Source: Hemiscyllium ocellatum | Lineage: Eukaryota | Length of the DNA: 64,000 nucleotides | Reading direction: 5' to 3' | NCBI RefSeq assembly: GCF_020745735.1 | Contig: NC_083418.1 | Coordinates: 2,604,001-2,668,000 of the forward strand | Shown: in pieces, positions 38,732-49,888 of the stretch | Layout: each line of letters starts with the position of its first letter | How positions within the stretch are numbered: position 1 is the stretch's first letter | The notes under the pieces: generated by a model | What the model saw: the letters and a program-made list of their open reading frames with translations, nothing else | Database searches by the model: none | What the model was told of the DNA's origin: nothing | Program-made: the position numbers and the translations under genes

Positions 38732-39362
38732 AAATCAGTGTCGCTGTCCCAGTCATTGTTATTGAGTCACAGCGTTAAATAGTGCGTCTTGGCATCAGTT
38801 TCAGTTCCGTGTTTCTACCAAATCAGGGTTAATGAGTTTGTGAAGTAAAGACAGTGGCTCTGTCTCCGCCATTGTTTCTGTGAATTAAATACAGTGTATC
38901 TACATAAATCAGTCTTCCTGACTCTTCGAATTAAACGCAGTGAGTCTGATAAATTTAGCATTACTAAGTTGTGAATTAAATACAGTTTAGCTGAGTACGT
39001 GAATTAAATAGAGTGTCTCTGTCGTACTTAGTGTTACCGAGTCAGCGAATTAAATGTAGTTTCTCACCGTCGGTCAGAATTACCGAGTAGGTGAAATGAA
39101 TGTAGTTAGAGAGTCAGAGTTACTGAGCTTGTCAATTAAGTAGAGTGCCTCTGACTCACTCAGTGTTACTCAGTTGACAGACTGAGAGAGCTGCATGCTC
39201 TCATTTCATTATTGAACAAATTAACTGTTTTTGTTCCCTTGCCAGACCATTACCTAAACCTTGGGATGGCTCACTGCATTTCATCTCAATGCACTCCATC
39301 TCCAACTAAATTCTCATTGATTGCACACACACACACACACAAAGATTTATATACACGTGTAT

Positions 39363-39560
39363 NNNNNNNNNNNNNNNNNNNNNNNNNNNNNNNNNNNNNN
39401 NNNNNNNNNNNNNNNNNNNNNNNNNNNNNNNNNNNNNNNNNNNNNNNNNNNNNNNNNNNNNNNNNNNNNNNNNNNNNNNNNNNNNNNNNNNNNNNNNNNN
39501 NNNNNNNNNNNNNNNNNNNNNNNNNNNNNNNNNNNNNNNNNNNNNNNNNNNNNNNNNNNN
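39363..39560. other. Assembly gap (198 N)
   Basis: N run flanked by CA/TA microsatellite. Confidence 1.
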
Positions 39561-42500
39561 TGCAGACATATATATGCCGTGTTTTTCTAGCTAGGACTAG
39601 TTCTCAAAGAGGGTCACTGGATCAGAAATCGAGACAATTCGTTGTCTCTGGAGAGGCTAATTCAACTTTTTTTTGCTTCAGAAAACGCTTCTTTCCTGGA
39701 TTTTACATTGCTTTCCGAGACGCAAGCATTATTGATTGCCAGAATTTATTTCATGTCTCCACTTGCTGGTGAAAAGGTTATGGTGAGCTTACCCTTGGAA
39801 GTGCTTTCGTTCATGTGAATCAAATCAAATTGGAGTCATATATTGACTGGATATTTAAAAATAAACCGGTTCGTACCTTTGCCTTCATTGCTCAGATCTT
39901 TGAGTGTAGGAGTTGAGATATTATATTAAATTTGTACAGAACATTCATCTGCTGGCATACAGTTTCCAGTCTTGGTCCCTCAGTTATAGGAAATCAATTG
40001 TCAGGATGGAGATGGCTATGAAGAGCTTTATGATTATATTGTCAGTTGGATTGCTTTCGTTATATGGAAACGCTGGAGAGTCTTGAGATACTCTTATTAC
40101 CCAAGCTTAGGGGTTTGTGGGGTGGACCAGATAGAAGTTATAAAATATTGGGACCAACAGAGACGATTTGCAATACTTGACTTTGCCTGAATGCCAATAG
40201 TTGACGTGCCACATTTCAATCTTGCTGTAGATTTCTTCACTGTCACAATTTGATGTTCGCACAGCACTGACATATATTAATTACATTTGAAAAAAAAAGG
40301 ACAGCGTGGGGAATTGAGATTCCATGTTCTTTTGAGTGCAGTGAAACTAAAACAGAATGATAGCTGGGCTAAAGGTATTCAGTTATGAGCGGCTATAATG
40401 ACATAAATCCAAGTTTATATTCGTTCAATTTAGAAAGCTCTTAGGTGCTTATAGTTTTCGACATAATGATTAAACATACCATTTTAGTAGGAGAGATAGA
40501 TGAATTTTGTGATTCTTCCGGAATTAGGGCATTTGTTTTAACCACGAGCGTGGTGGTGCTCTGGTTTCCGATGCCTTGTGGCATAGTTGAGGTTGAAAAG
40601 CTCACAAACTTTCAACAGTTTTTGAAATGACTTGAAGTGTCACGGACTTCAAAGGTATATGCCAATGCGGCGAATTCGGACTATATCAGGATCAGTATAT
40701 TATATGGCGCTGCAGACTTGAGAGGCCAAGGGCCTCTTTCTACGGTACGATTCGAGGAATTGATTGAATGTAGAATAAGGAAAATATTGATTGACTCTAT
40801 AAAAAATCAGAGAGCGGCGGTTAATCATGGATAACAGTTTCAAACTATCAACGCAGGAACAAGAACAAACAGACGTCTTCCATAGCGAATGAATCATAGT
40901 TGAAACACAGTGAAGATCTTCTGATGCTTTTCATGAGATTTGTCATTATTTATACCTTTCCATCCAATTTCAAATAGTGCACCTGCTTCTCAATGAGCAT
41001 ATGTTTAACGCATTCCATTAACGAATTCTGCCCGCGCTGTGCTCTGTCAATTAATTTGCAGACATTCGCTGCTATTATATAAAGAGCTGTTCTCGGCCAC
41101 TGGATCACCAAATTAGCTCACTTTATACTTTTTTTTCTTATTTATTAAGTACTTTCCTCCCATTTCAAATGGAGGAATGAAATCATGTGTACTTAATGGA
41201 GGTTAGTCCACCTATCCTCTAAATAGCATATGAAAGCATTCAAGCAGGCAGATTGAGCACATTAATTCCCTGAAACTCAATATCCATTAATTTGCAAATA
41301 GGTTGGCAGATGATGTGATTAATTTATGACTGAGACCAAACAGTTGTTTTTCAAAATTGAGCAAATGCGGGTGTCACTGAAAAAAAACTGTACTTATTGC
41401 TTGTTCCTGATGGCCCAGACGGGGAGTCAACGAGCAATAATGTTGAATATGTTTGGAGTTATGTGTAAATAAAAGCAGGTAATGACAGCAGATCTACATT
41501 CAGTAAAGACATTTGTAAAGTCAGTTTTGTTCGATAATTGATACTATTTCCATGTCTGACACTAGGCTGACTGTTTAATCAAATAGTTGGTTTCAAATGT
41601 CCCCATTCTGCGTTGTGAAATTCAAACGTGATGGAACATCGTCTTGGCAGTTTGGATTTTTAACCCAGAGATAAGACCCGCAAGTCAACATCGCTCACAA
41701 AGCATTTGGAGCTTTCATACATCGAATCACAACGTCTTAGAGTTATGTAGACCATGCAAAGACCCGTCACTCGAACACGTAAGCCCCAAACAAATGTCTG
41801 AAAGTGAATGAGTTCTATTTTCCCGCCTTCGACATGTATCACTCTAATCTTTTCCAACTGATGTTGCAAACCAGATGTCTTTTGAATTTTACAACTATAC
41901 TCAACTCTACAATATCCTTTTGTTTTCACATTTCCAAGTGGAGATAAAAAAAATCAACAATTTGATATTTTGAACAAATAAACCACCCACTGTTTTCCTT
42001 AAAATTATGCATCATTAGTGCATCTCCACGAGTGTCCTATTGTTTCGTTGCATCATGTTTTCAAAAACCAGCTTGTCTCTCAGAGATTGCCGATTTCTTT
42101 GTTCACGCTACTGTTCACAAATTTCAGTTTGGTTTGGGCAGTTCATTCGCGTTCGTGGCAGAATGCTGGAAAATAGTTCATGAAGTGGGAACTTCCCCGT
42201 CGATCATTGATACGTGAACATTGAAAACGATGACAAATCATCATTCAAGTTAATGCTTTCTGTTGCATGATGTTGAAAGCTGAGCAATTCTTCTGTCATT
42301 CCATTTGGCGTTCTTTCAAACCCTTTTACGTTGAGCTTGCAGCAAAAAAGAGTTTGTGGAGCATTTTAACCGTTTGTTTTTGATGACGGTTTATGAAATT
42401 AATTGTCAAATTATGGTATTCCATATGCTGTATTAACCACATAGTAATTACGTCTGATGTTTCACTATGCTATCCTTGGAGCAGATGTTGTCTCCATCTA

Positions 42501-42829
42501 CCTTGACACTGTGCACCATTTCAATGTCCAGTTGTATATGTTATCACAGCACTTGTATATTTTCCAGACTCCGCATCAAAGTGCGTTGGTGAAACATTTG
42601 GAAAACAGTGCACCATTCCACGACAGAGATAAATGCCTGACTCAAAACTTGTAACAATTTTGTACCGCTTAAGAATTAATCTCGCACATTTCGGCTAGAC
42701 CTGTCCAAATTGACAGGATCAATGAATTTGTCAGCTTTGCTTTCCAGTTGTTACCTTATAATGCATTCAAACTGCGCGGAAACGACAACGTTGAAGCTGC
42801 CACCCAAGTGAAATTCATTTGGCTATAAA

Positions 42830-44420
42830 TGCTTGAGCGTCATGCACCTTTCGGATAACATCATGACAAGTAAGCAGGCTCTGAGCTTGGTACTCATTAT
42901 GCTCACACACAGACTAGTGAGAGCTATCATTAATTCTTGGCAGCCAGCCTGCCTCAATCCACTGCAATTTGCATACCAATGTAACAGCTCCATAGAAGTC
43001 AACATTTCCCTCGCAATGAACTTGGTCCTGGAACATTTAAACAGCAAGACTCTTAATCATGAATGAAAACTTCGCCTTCACCACCATAATCCCCTCCAGG
43101 CTGATCTCAAGGTTTTGCTCTGCCCTCTGCAATCAGAACCTCAGCTTCCTATTGCACATACAGCAATCAGTGAAGAAGTCCACAGCAGCTCTTGTGCAAT
43201 AACCGGTGACAGTGTGGGTGGCTCGATGGTTCAGTGGTTAGCGCTGGTGCTCCACGGTGAATGGGACCCAAGTTCGATTTCAGCCTTGCGGGACTGCGTC
43301 TGTAACGTTTGCATGTTCGCTGCAATGTCTTGTCATTGCTATGCACAATGCAAAGGTGATGAACTTAAGTAAACTGGCCATGCTTAATTTCTCAACATGT
43401 TCAGATTTGTGTAGGTTGTATGCAGCATTAGGTTAATGGGCATGCGTGGGTGGCTCGGATTGCAAGTATTAGGCGGAAGTTCCTGTTTCCACTATGTAGC
43501 GATTCGATCATGCCAGCCAAGGATCAATTTACAGCCGCGGACTGCAATCCTTGTACTCCCACGACCATGCAGACTTATTCCAAACCGACGCCATTTATGA
43601 TTTCTACTGAAGATACCAAGGATATAAATCAATGATCAGTTAAAATACAGAAAGGAGATAGAGGGCAATGTGGTGCAATGATAACTTCTCTCTGAATGTC
43701 AATAAAATAAGATAGCTGATCAATAACATCAGGAAGAAAATGGAAGAACATTCCTCATCAACATCTGCGGAATGACGATAACCAACAACCTGTGTTTGAC
43801 TTCCCACATAGTTGTGACAGTCAAGAAGGCACAGCAACGTTACTTCTTCCTCAGGCGACTTCGGAAATTTGGCATGTTCGCAAGGACCCTCACCAACTTT
43901 TGCAGATACAGAATGGAAAGCATGTTGTCCGGGTGTATGACGACCGGATCTGACAACTGCTCTGCCCACCATCGTACAAAACTACAGAAGGTTATGTGTA
44001 CAGCCCAGAGCATTAGAGAAACCAACCTCTAATCCATGGACAAGATTTATACTTCGTGTTGCGGCAGAAAGGCTGCCAAAATCATCAATGAGCATTCCCA
44101 CACAAGTAATGATTTCTTCAACTTCTTCCGTGAGGCAGAAATACCAAAGGTTGAACATACACACCAAAAGGTTCAAGAGCAGCTTCTTCACTCCCTATAC
44201 CAGATGGATGAAAGGAATCGCTACTTTCAAATTGTGTTGCTATTGTGCATGTTGATCTTGCTTCGCCCACTTCCTGTGCAGTGCAACTCGTGTGTTTGAC
44301 TCGGTCTAAGCATCCTGTAATCTATGTGACCTTGCTTGCTATGATCTGTCTATGCTGCTCACAAACAAAACTTTTAATGCCCTTCTGTACACTTGATTAC
44401 ACGAAATCAAATAAAATGAA
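42830..44420 (+). mobile_element. Rex1/Babar-type LINE RT remnant, interrupted by a SINE
   Basis: CLNPLQFAY, KKAQQRYFFLRRLRKFGM...TLTNFCRY..ESMLSGC...KLQKV, YTSCCGRKAAKII. Confidence 0.75.
43213..43505 (+). mobile_element. Degenerate HE1-like SINE
   Basis: ggttcagtggttagcgctg...gttcgatttcagccttgcgggactgcgtctgt...ggccatgcttaattt. Confidence 0.65.
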
Positions 44421-45539
44421 TCAAGTCAAATCAAACATCTCGTCATCACACCTGAGGAACAGAGCGATGTTCTCACTGGTGTTTTCACATATGGATATCG
44501 CTACATTAGCATTTTCTGAAGAGGAAAGCAATTTGCGTCTTTGCTACCTAATTTCTCTAGATTGTGACACTATAATTTCCATATTTGACGTCATGATTTC
44601 TTTATGACGAAAATAATTGTACCTCAATATATATTTGACAGTACATTTAAATTCCATGTGGATTTCCTTTCATGGCAACTTTATGCATAGAATTTGACTT
44701 TTCAACTAATGTACCTGAAATTTCTCTGTGTCCACATCTTTCAATCTCATTCTCTGACAGGCTGAGGACTATGCAAGTGCAACATTCTCAGCTAAATTTA
44801 AAGAGCCAGAACACCCAATGCAGTAGACGTGTATCCTCTCATCAGTCCATGTTTGCTGAATCCACCATCTAGTTCTCTGATCCCTTGTTCTTCTTTCAAA
44901 GGGAATACAAATGACCCAGAAACAATATTCCAAATGTTTCCAAGAATGTCACCCAACAGAAAGAGAATTCACAGTCTTTTTTTTCTATATAAGCAAACCT
45001 GTTCTTATTCATTCTCAATCAGTCAACCCTCTCTTTTTGACTGCGAAAAATCGTGTGACAATACTGTGGCTTACCGTGATGTGTTCTGTGGTGATTGTTT
45101 TGCAGAAGGATACTTTCTCAGTGGTGCAAATATTTCTCCTTCAGGTAGGCAGTTGTTAAACACTTTTGAGCTTTCCTTGGGTCAGTTTTAAAGTAAGACA
45201 GAAGAATCATGAGGTTGGGTCAGGTTCATACTGATCCAAAGGAAACTTACATTTGGTTTCAGTGTCCTGGTGATTTTTGCTCGCTTTTGGAGCTGACTCA
45301 ATGAGTTCCCTGTTACTCGAATGAGAACCGCGGCAGGGAGATTTCATTCTTTACATCAAAAGGGGCAGAATGTTCCTTGTTGGTTACCTCTAACAAGGGT
45401 GTACTTATGGAATGTTGCGTATATTGGAAGATTTGATTATTTGTGATAATATGATCCATTTAATTGTCATTAATTTTAACATAACAAAGCAACAGGCATT
45501 TCACGCCTTCAAATCTTCACCAACATATTGTGTCTTTCC

Positions 45540-48450
45540 ATGCAAAGGGTTTTTTAAAAATTTCCTCTATTCTTATTCATGTTTTCGTCCACATGTTTCT
45601 TGACTGCTGCTGTTGTGTCTGATTCCAATACTTCTTTCGGAAGCCTGTCCCAAACACACACCATGTTGTGAGTAAAACAATAGATTGTTTCACACATCTT
45701 GTTTAATCTCCCCCTGCAAAAATTGTTTCCCTTACAATCTATTCCTTCAACATGGGGAAGATTTCTCATTTTTTTCCACTCAACATATACCATTTAGAAC
45801 CTTCCAAAATTCTGTTCAGCGGTTCTTCAAACTCCAGAATTCCACTGAGAGAAACCCAAGTCTATCCATCCGGACTTCAAAGATAAATACCCATGCAAGA
45901 CAACCTGAATGGCCTTGTAATTTATTTATGTACGCTGTCTCAAGCATGAATATCCACCTGACAGTGTGGTTACCAGAAGTGTGCATAATAATCCAAGGGT
46001 GGCCGAACCACAATTTCATAAAACCGCAGCGGAGCCTGCTCATCTTTGCTCCCAATATCCCTTCCCATGAAGATGCGCATGTCGTGGACCATTTTAATAA
46101 CCTTTTCGACCTGTGTGACAACCTTGAATGACTCGTAGACCACCACAGCTAGATCCCTCTGCACATCAATACTTTTGAGGGTTCTGCCATTCTCTGTGTC
46201 ATTTCCCCTTATACTTGACCTTGCAAAATTCAGCAGTTAATCTTCTGCACGCGTAAGCCGTGAAGGAATTCGTGAAAGCTTTTGCTGAAGTCCATGTCGA
46301 CAGCATGCATCAGTTTTCCAAATCTTGGTTACCTGCTCAAAAGAATACCTATTATTGTTGCATGATCTCCCGGTCAAAAGCAACCCTGTCTCGCTAATAA
46401 GTTCATTTGTTTGTAAATACATATAGATCTTGTCCTGAGAATCTTTATCAAAGATTGCCCTATCACCGATGTGCTGTTCAAGGACCTGTAATTTGCTCGA
46501 ATATTGCTGCTACCCTTCTTAAACAATAGGACTTTGACGATTGTCCTGTCTTCCGGAACTCCACTCCAGCCAAAGAGGACAAAAAGGGAGAGGTAAATCC
46601 GCCAGCAAACTTTTTTGTGCTGCCTTCCTCAACTTTCTGGTATAGATCCCTGGGCCTTGGGACTTTTCTAAGTTGATTTTTTAAAGATGCACAACCCATC
46701 CTCAATTTTAATCGAGACTTGGCGTTGAAATTTGACTTACCTTTCCCTGAGATCATCTTCCCCTAACTTTGTCTCATTGATGGGTCCCAACATGAGGTAT
46801 ACATTTCGGATTTCCATGCATACGTTCCCTCATTTATCGTTGAGTGGACCAACGCTTTGCCTAGCTACCCTCTGTTTTTTTTTGTATGTTATACACTTCA
46901 AGGGCTTCATGAACTCTCATCCACCTGGACCTTCCAAATGTTACCTTCATTTTTTAAACCAAGTTCATAACGTCCCTGGTCAGAGGGTTAAGGAGTCATA
47001 GAGATGTAAAACATGGAAATGGATCGTTCGCTCCAACTCGCCCATGCTGACGACCTTAACTATGAGAAAGTGAGGACTGCAGATGCTGGAGACCAGAGTT
47101 GAAAAGTGTGGTGCTCGAAAAACAAAGCAGGACATGCAGCATCGGTGGAGCAGGAAAATAGATGTTTCGGGCATAGACTCTTCTTCAGGAATGAGGCTGG
47201 TGTGCTCAGCCGGCTGAGATGAAGGGTAGGGGGGAGGGAATTGGGGGAGGGGCACTGGGAATACGATCGGCGGAAGCAGGTGAGCTTGAGGGTGACAGGC
47301 CGGAGAGGGGCTGGGGGCGGAGAAGTCGGGAAGAAGATTGCAGGTCAAGAGGGCGATGCTGAATCTGGGGGTTGGGACTGAGATAAAGTGAAGGGAGGGG
47401 AAATGAGTAAGCTGGAGAAATCTACATTCATCCCATGTGGATGGAGGTTTCCAAGGCGGACTAGATATCCTAATCTAATTAGTCCCATTTTACAGCACTT
47501 CAGCCATAACGCTCTAAACTCTTCTTATTCATTCACCCATCTGAATGCCTTTTTAATGCTGTAATTTTACCAGCCTCCAGCATTTCCTCTGGCAGCACAT
47601 TCCATACAAACGCCTCGCAGTGCATGCAAATGTTGCCCCTTAGATACTTTGTATATCTTTCCCTTCTCGCCCTGAACCGGTGCCCTCCAGTTCTAGACAT
47701 TCCTCCCCCACACGCAGTGAAAAAACCTAGTGTATTCATTCTATTTATGTCCCTCGTTATTTCATAAACCTTTATATGGTCACCCCTCAGCCTGCGATGC
47801 TGTACAGAAAAGAGCCCCAGCCTGTTCAAATTTTCCCAATAACTCAAATCCTTCAAACTTGGCAAAATCCTTGAAAATCTTTTCTGAATGTAATGTACTT
47901 TCACAACATCCTTCTCCAGGAAGGAGACCAGAATTGCATGGCATTTTCCTAAAAATGACCGAACCAATATTCAGTACAGCCACATCAGGTCCTTCCAACC
48001 CTTCACCCAGGGTTCACGTAAATTGCCATACCTGTCCGTCATTCTCGAAGGTGTGCGCCTCTGCTGAAGTCTTCCAGCTGACCATTGAAACACTCCCATA
48101 TGTCCAGTATCAATTCACCTTCAAACAGACGCTTCCAATCAAATTGTCCACCTCTTGCCGAATACTGTTGCAGTTTTGCCTGCCTTGGATTTAACATCTT
48201 CACGCAAAGACTGCAAAAATCCCTTTCCAAAAGTACCTTAAAACTCACAGTATCATGGTCACTACACCCGAAATTCCTCCCTGTTGCACTTTCACTGACG
48301 AAATCTGGCTAATTTCCCAAATCGAAGCCGTGTACAACCGCTTCCCTGTTTGCAGCGTATGCATCCTGTGTCAACAATGCTTCCTGAATTTTCCTTGTAA
48401 TTTCTGCCCACCCAAGGCCCTAGGGCAAGTTCCATTCACCTAAATCAACA
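45540..48450 (-). mobile_element. Cluster of old CR1 fragments
   Basis: Minus-strand CR1-like peptides: QRDLAVVVYESFKV...VRPPLDYYAHFW, EKDVVKVHYIQKRFSRILP...LNRLGLFS...RLRGDHIKVY. Ends approximate. Confidence 0.7.
47068..47460 (-). mobile_element. PLE-derived 3' end fragment
   Basis: gagaaagtgaggactgcagatgctggag...gtttcgggcatagactcttcttcaggaat, same family as 17225 and 29351. Confidence 0.75.
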
Positions 48451-49633
48451 AACCGCATCATGCTTCATGGTGGACAAATGGACTATAACAGTGCATACCT
48501 GTTTTTAACGCAAAAAAAATCAATCTTTAGGATCGTGTATATGCCCATAGCATACTTTTGCAGCTTGAGATTGCTCTGATCCAAAGAAAAATAAACGGAA
48601 AGTGCGTTTTGTCTTGGAATTAAGTCCTTCTGACATGATCACTTCACAAGAGCAGACTCAGGGGAAGCGTTAATTTTGATTTTTTTTTGTATCCCATTAC
48701 AAGTATTTTAACTATGATAGGGAGGGCTATTGCTTGAACAGCAAACTCTCAGAAGTCCAAATGAAATCTCCAACTAACTTTGGCACGAGCCTAAATAGCT
48801 CTGCCACCGACTTTAATCTCTGTTACTGTTACTTGCAAAAAAAATCCCTTAGTTATTCTATATACGGAGAAATACGGAAAGCCAATCTTCTTTGAATGCT
48901 TTCCATAAGAACTGGCACTCATGTTTGCGCTCATTGTTCCAGACAGATGATCCTCATTTAGATTCCTTCGTCTTTCAACTTACACATGTAGAAATACGTG
49001 CAACACACTCCAATCCTCTCAGCGAGGGCCACACCAGAAGAGTGGGCTGGCAGTATCTGGATATACAAGAATGGAGTTCAGTTTGAGACATCTAATACAT
49101 TTAACACAAATTTAAAATAGTGAGTTGCATGAAGAGAAAAATTAATTTGAGGGAAAGGATTGAATTGGAGCGATGTTTCTCATTTTGGACATCAAGTTCA
49201 AATCGCAATTCTATTTAATTTATAGGTATGTTTGCTTTTCCGGTGGATTTACATTTTAGCTAGAATTTGCCGCTATGCTAAAAGGTATTTTTATTGTTCA
49301 ACTCAAATGTGAAAATACGGTTAATAATATGAGTGTGTATCTAATTTGCGCAATTATTTGTGCTTGTAAGGAATGGTTTCTGTAGTTTCCCAATTGTATT
49401 CAGTTGAAGGCGACCATTCACCAAAGAGGGAAATGATAACGTGGCCATGCATTAAGAAATTTTAAGTTTAATGGATAATATGTACAGTGTACATTTAGCA
49501 GGATACTGAGTCTCGATGAATTTCACTAAACGACTTAGTGAGAAGAAGGGATATAGGAGCATTGGACGCGATCATTCTATTTTCTGAGGTGCAGGGGTCC
49601 GGGCGGTTTCAGAAGACTATAATATTGCAACTA

Positions 49634-49888
49634 GGACAAAGTGAGGACTGCAGATGCTGAAGATCATAGTTGAAAAGTATGGTGCTGGAAAGGCACAGCT
49701 AGTCAGGCAGCATCTGAGGAGCATAAGAGGGAAAAGTTAGGATCGCAGGTGCTGAAGATCAATGTCGAAATGTGGGGTGCTGGAATGCCTCATTCCTGAT
49801 GAAGGGCTTCTGCTCTAAACGTCGATTCTCCTATTCCTCGGATACTGTCTGACCGGCCGTGCTTTCTCAGCAGCATACTTTTTTTTAG
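49634..49888. mobile_element. 255-bp PLE-derived short element
   Basis: 15-bp TSD ataatattgcaacta (49619-49633 / 49889-49903). Same gaggactgcagatgctg...gtgctggaa family as 16183, 17225, 29351 and 47068. Confidence 0.85.

Larger units (their letters stand above)
29095..39170 (+). repeat. 46-bp minisatellite array (about 3.5 kb of repeat in three blocks: 29095-29350, 33688-36520, 38732-39170)
   Basis: Consensus about CAGTCAGTGTTACTGAGTTTGTGAATTAAATACAGTGTCTCTGTCC. Period 46 measured at 34745/34791/34837. Split by two TSD-flanked insertions. Confidence 0.9.

Noticed and set aside
29095-39170. 46-bp array as a CRISPR array or Ig switch region
   Set aside because: The whole unit repeats, with no unique spacers and no cas genes in a vertebrate context. 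It lies 17 kb or more beyond a light-chain C exon, light chains do not switch, and AGCT is not visibly enriched.
39212-39772. ORFs spanning 39363-39560 (and likewise 54307-54762)
   Set aside because: Artefacts of reading through N gaps.
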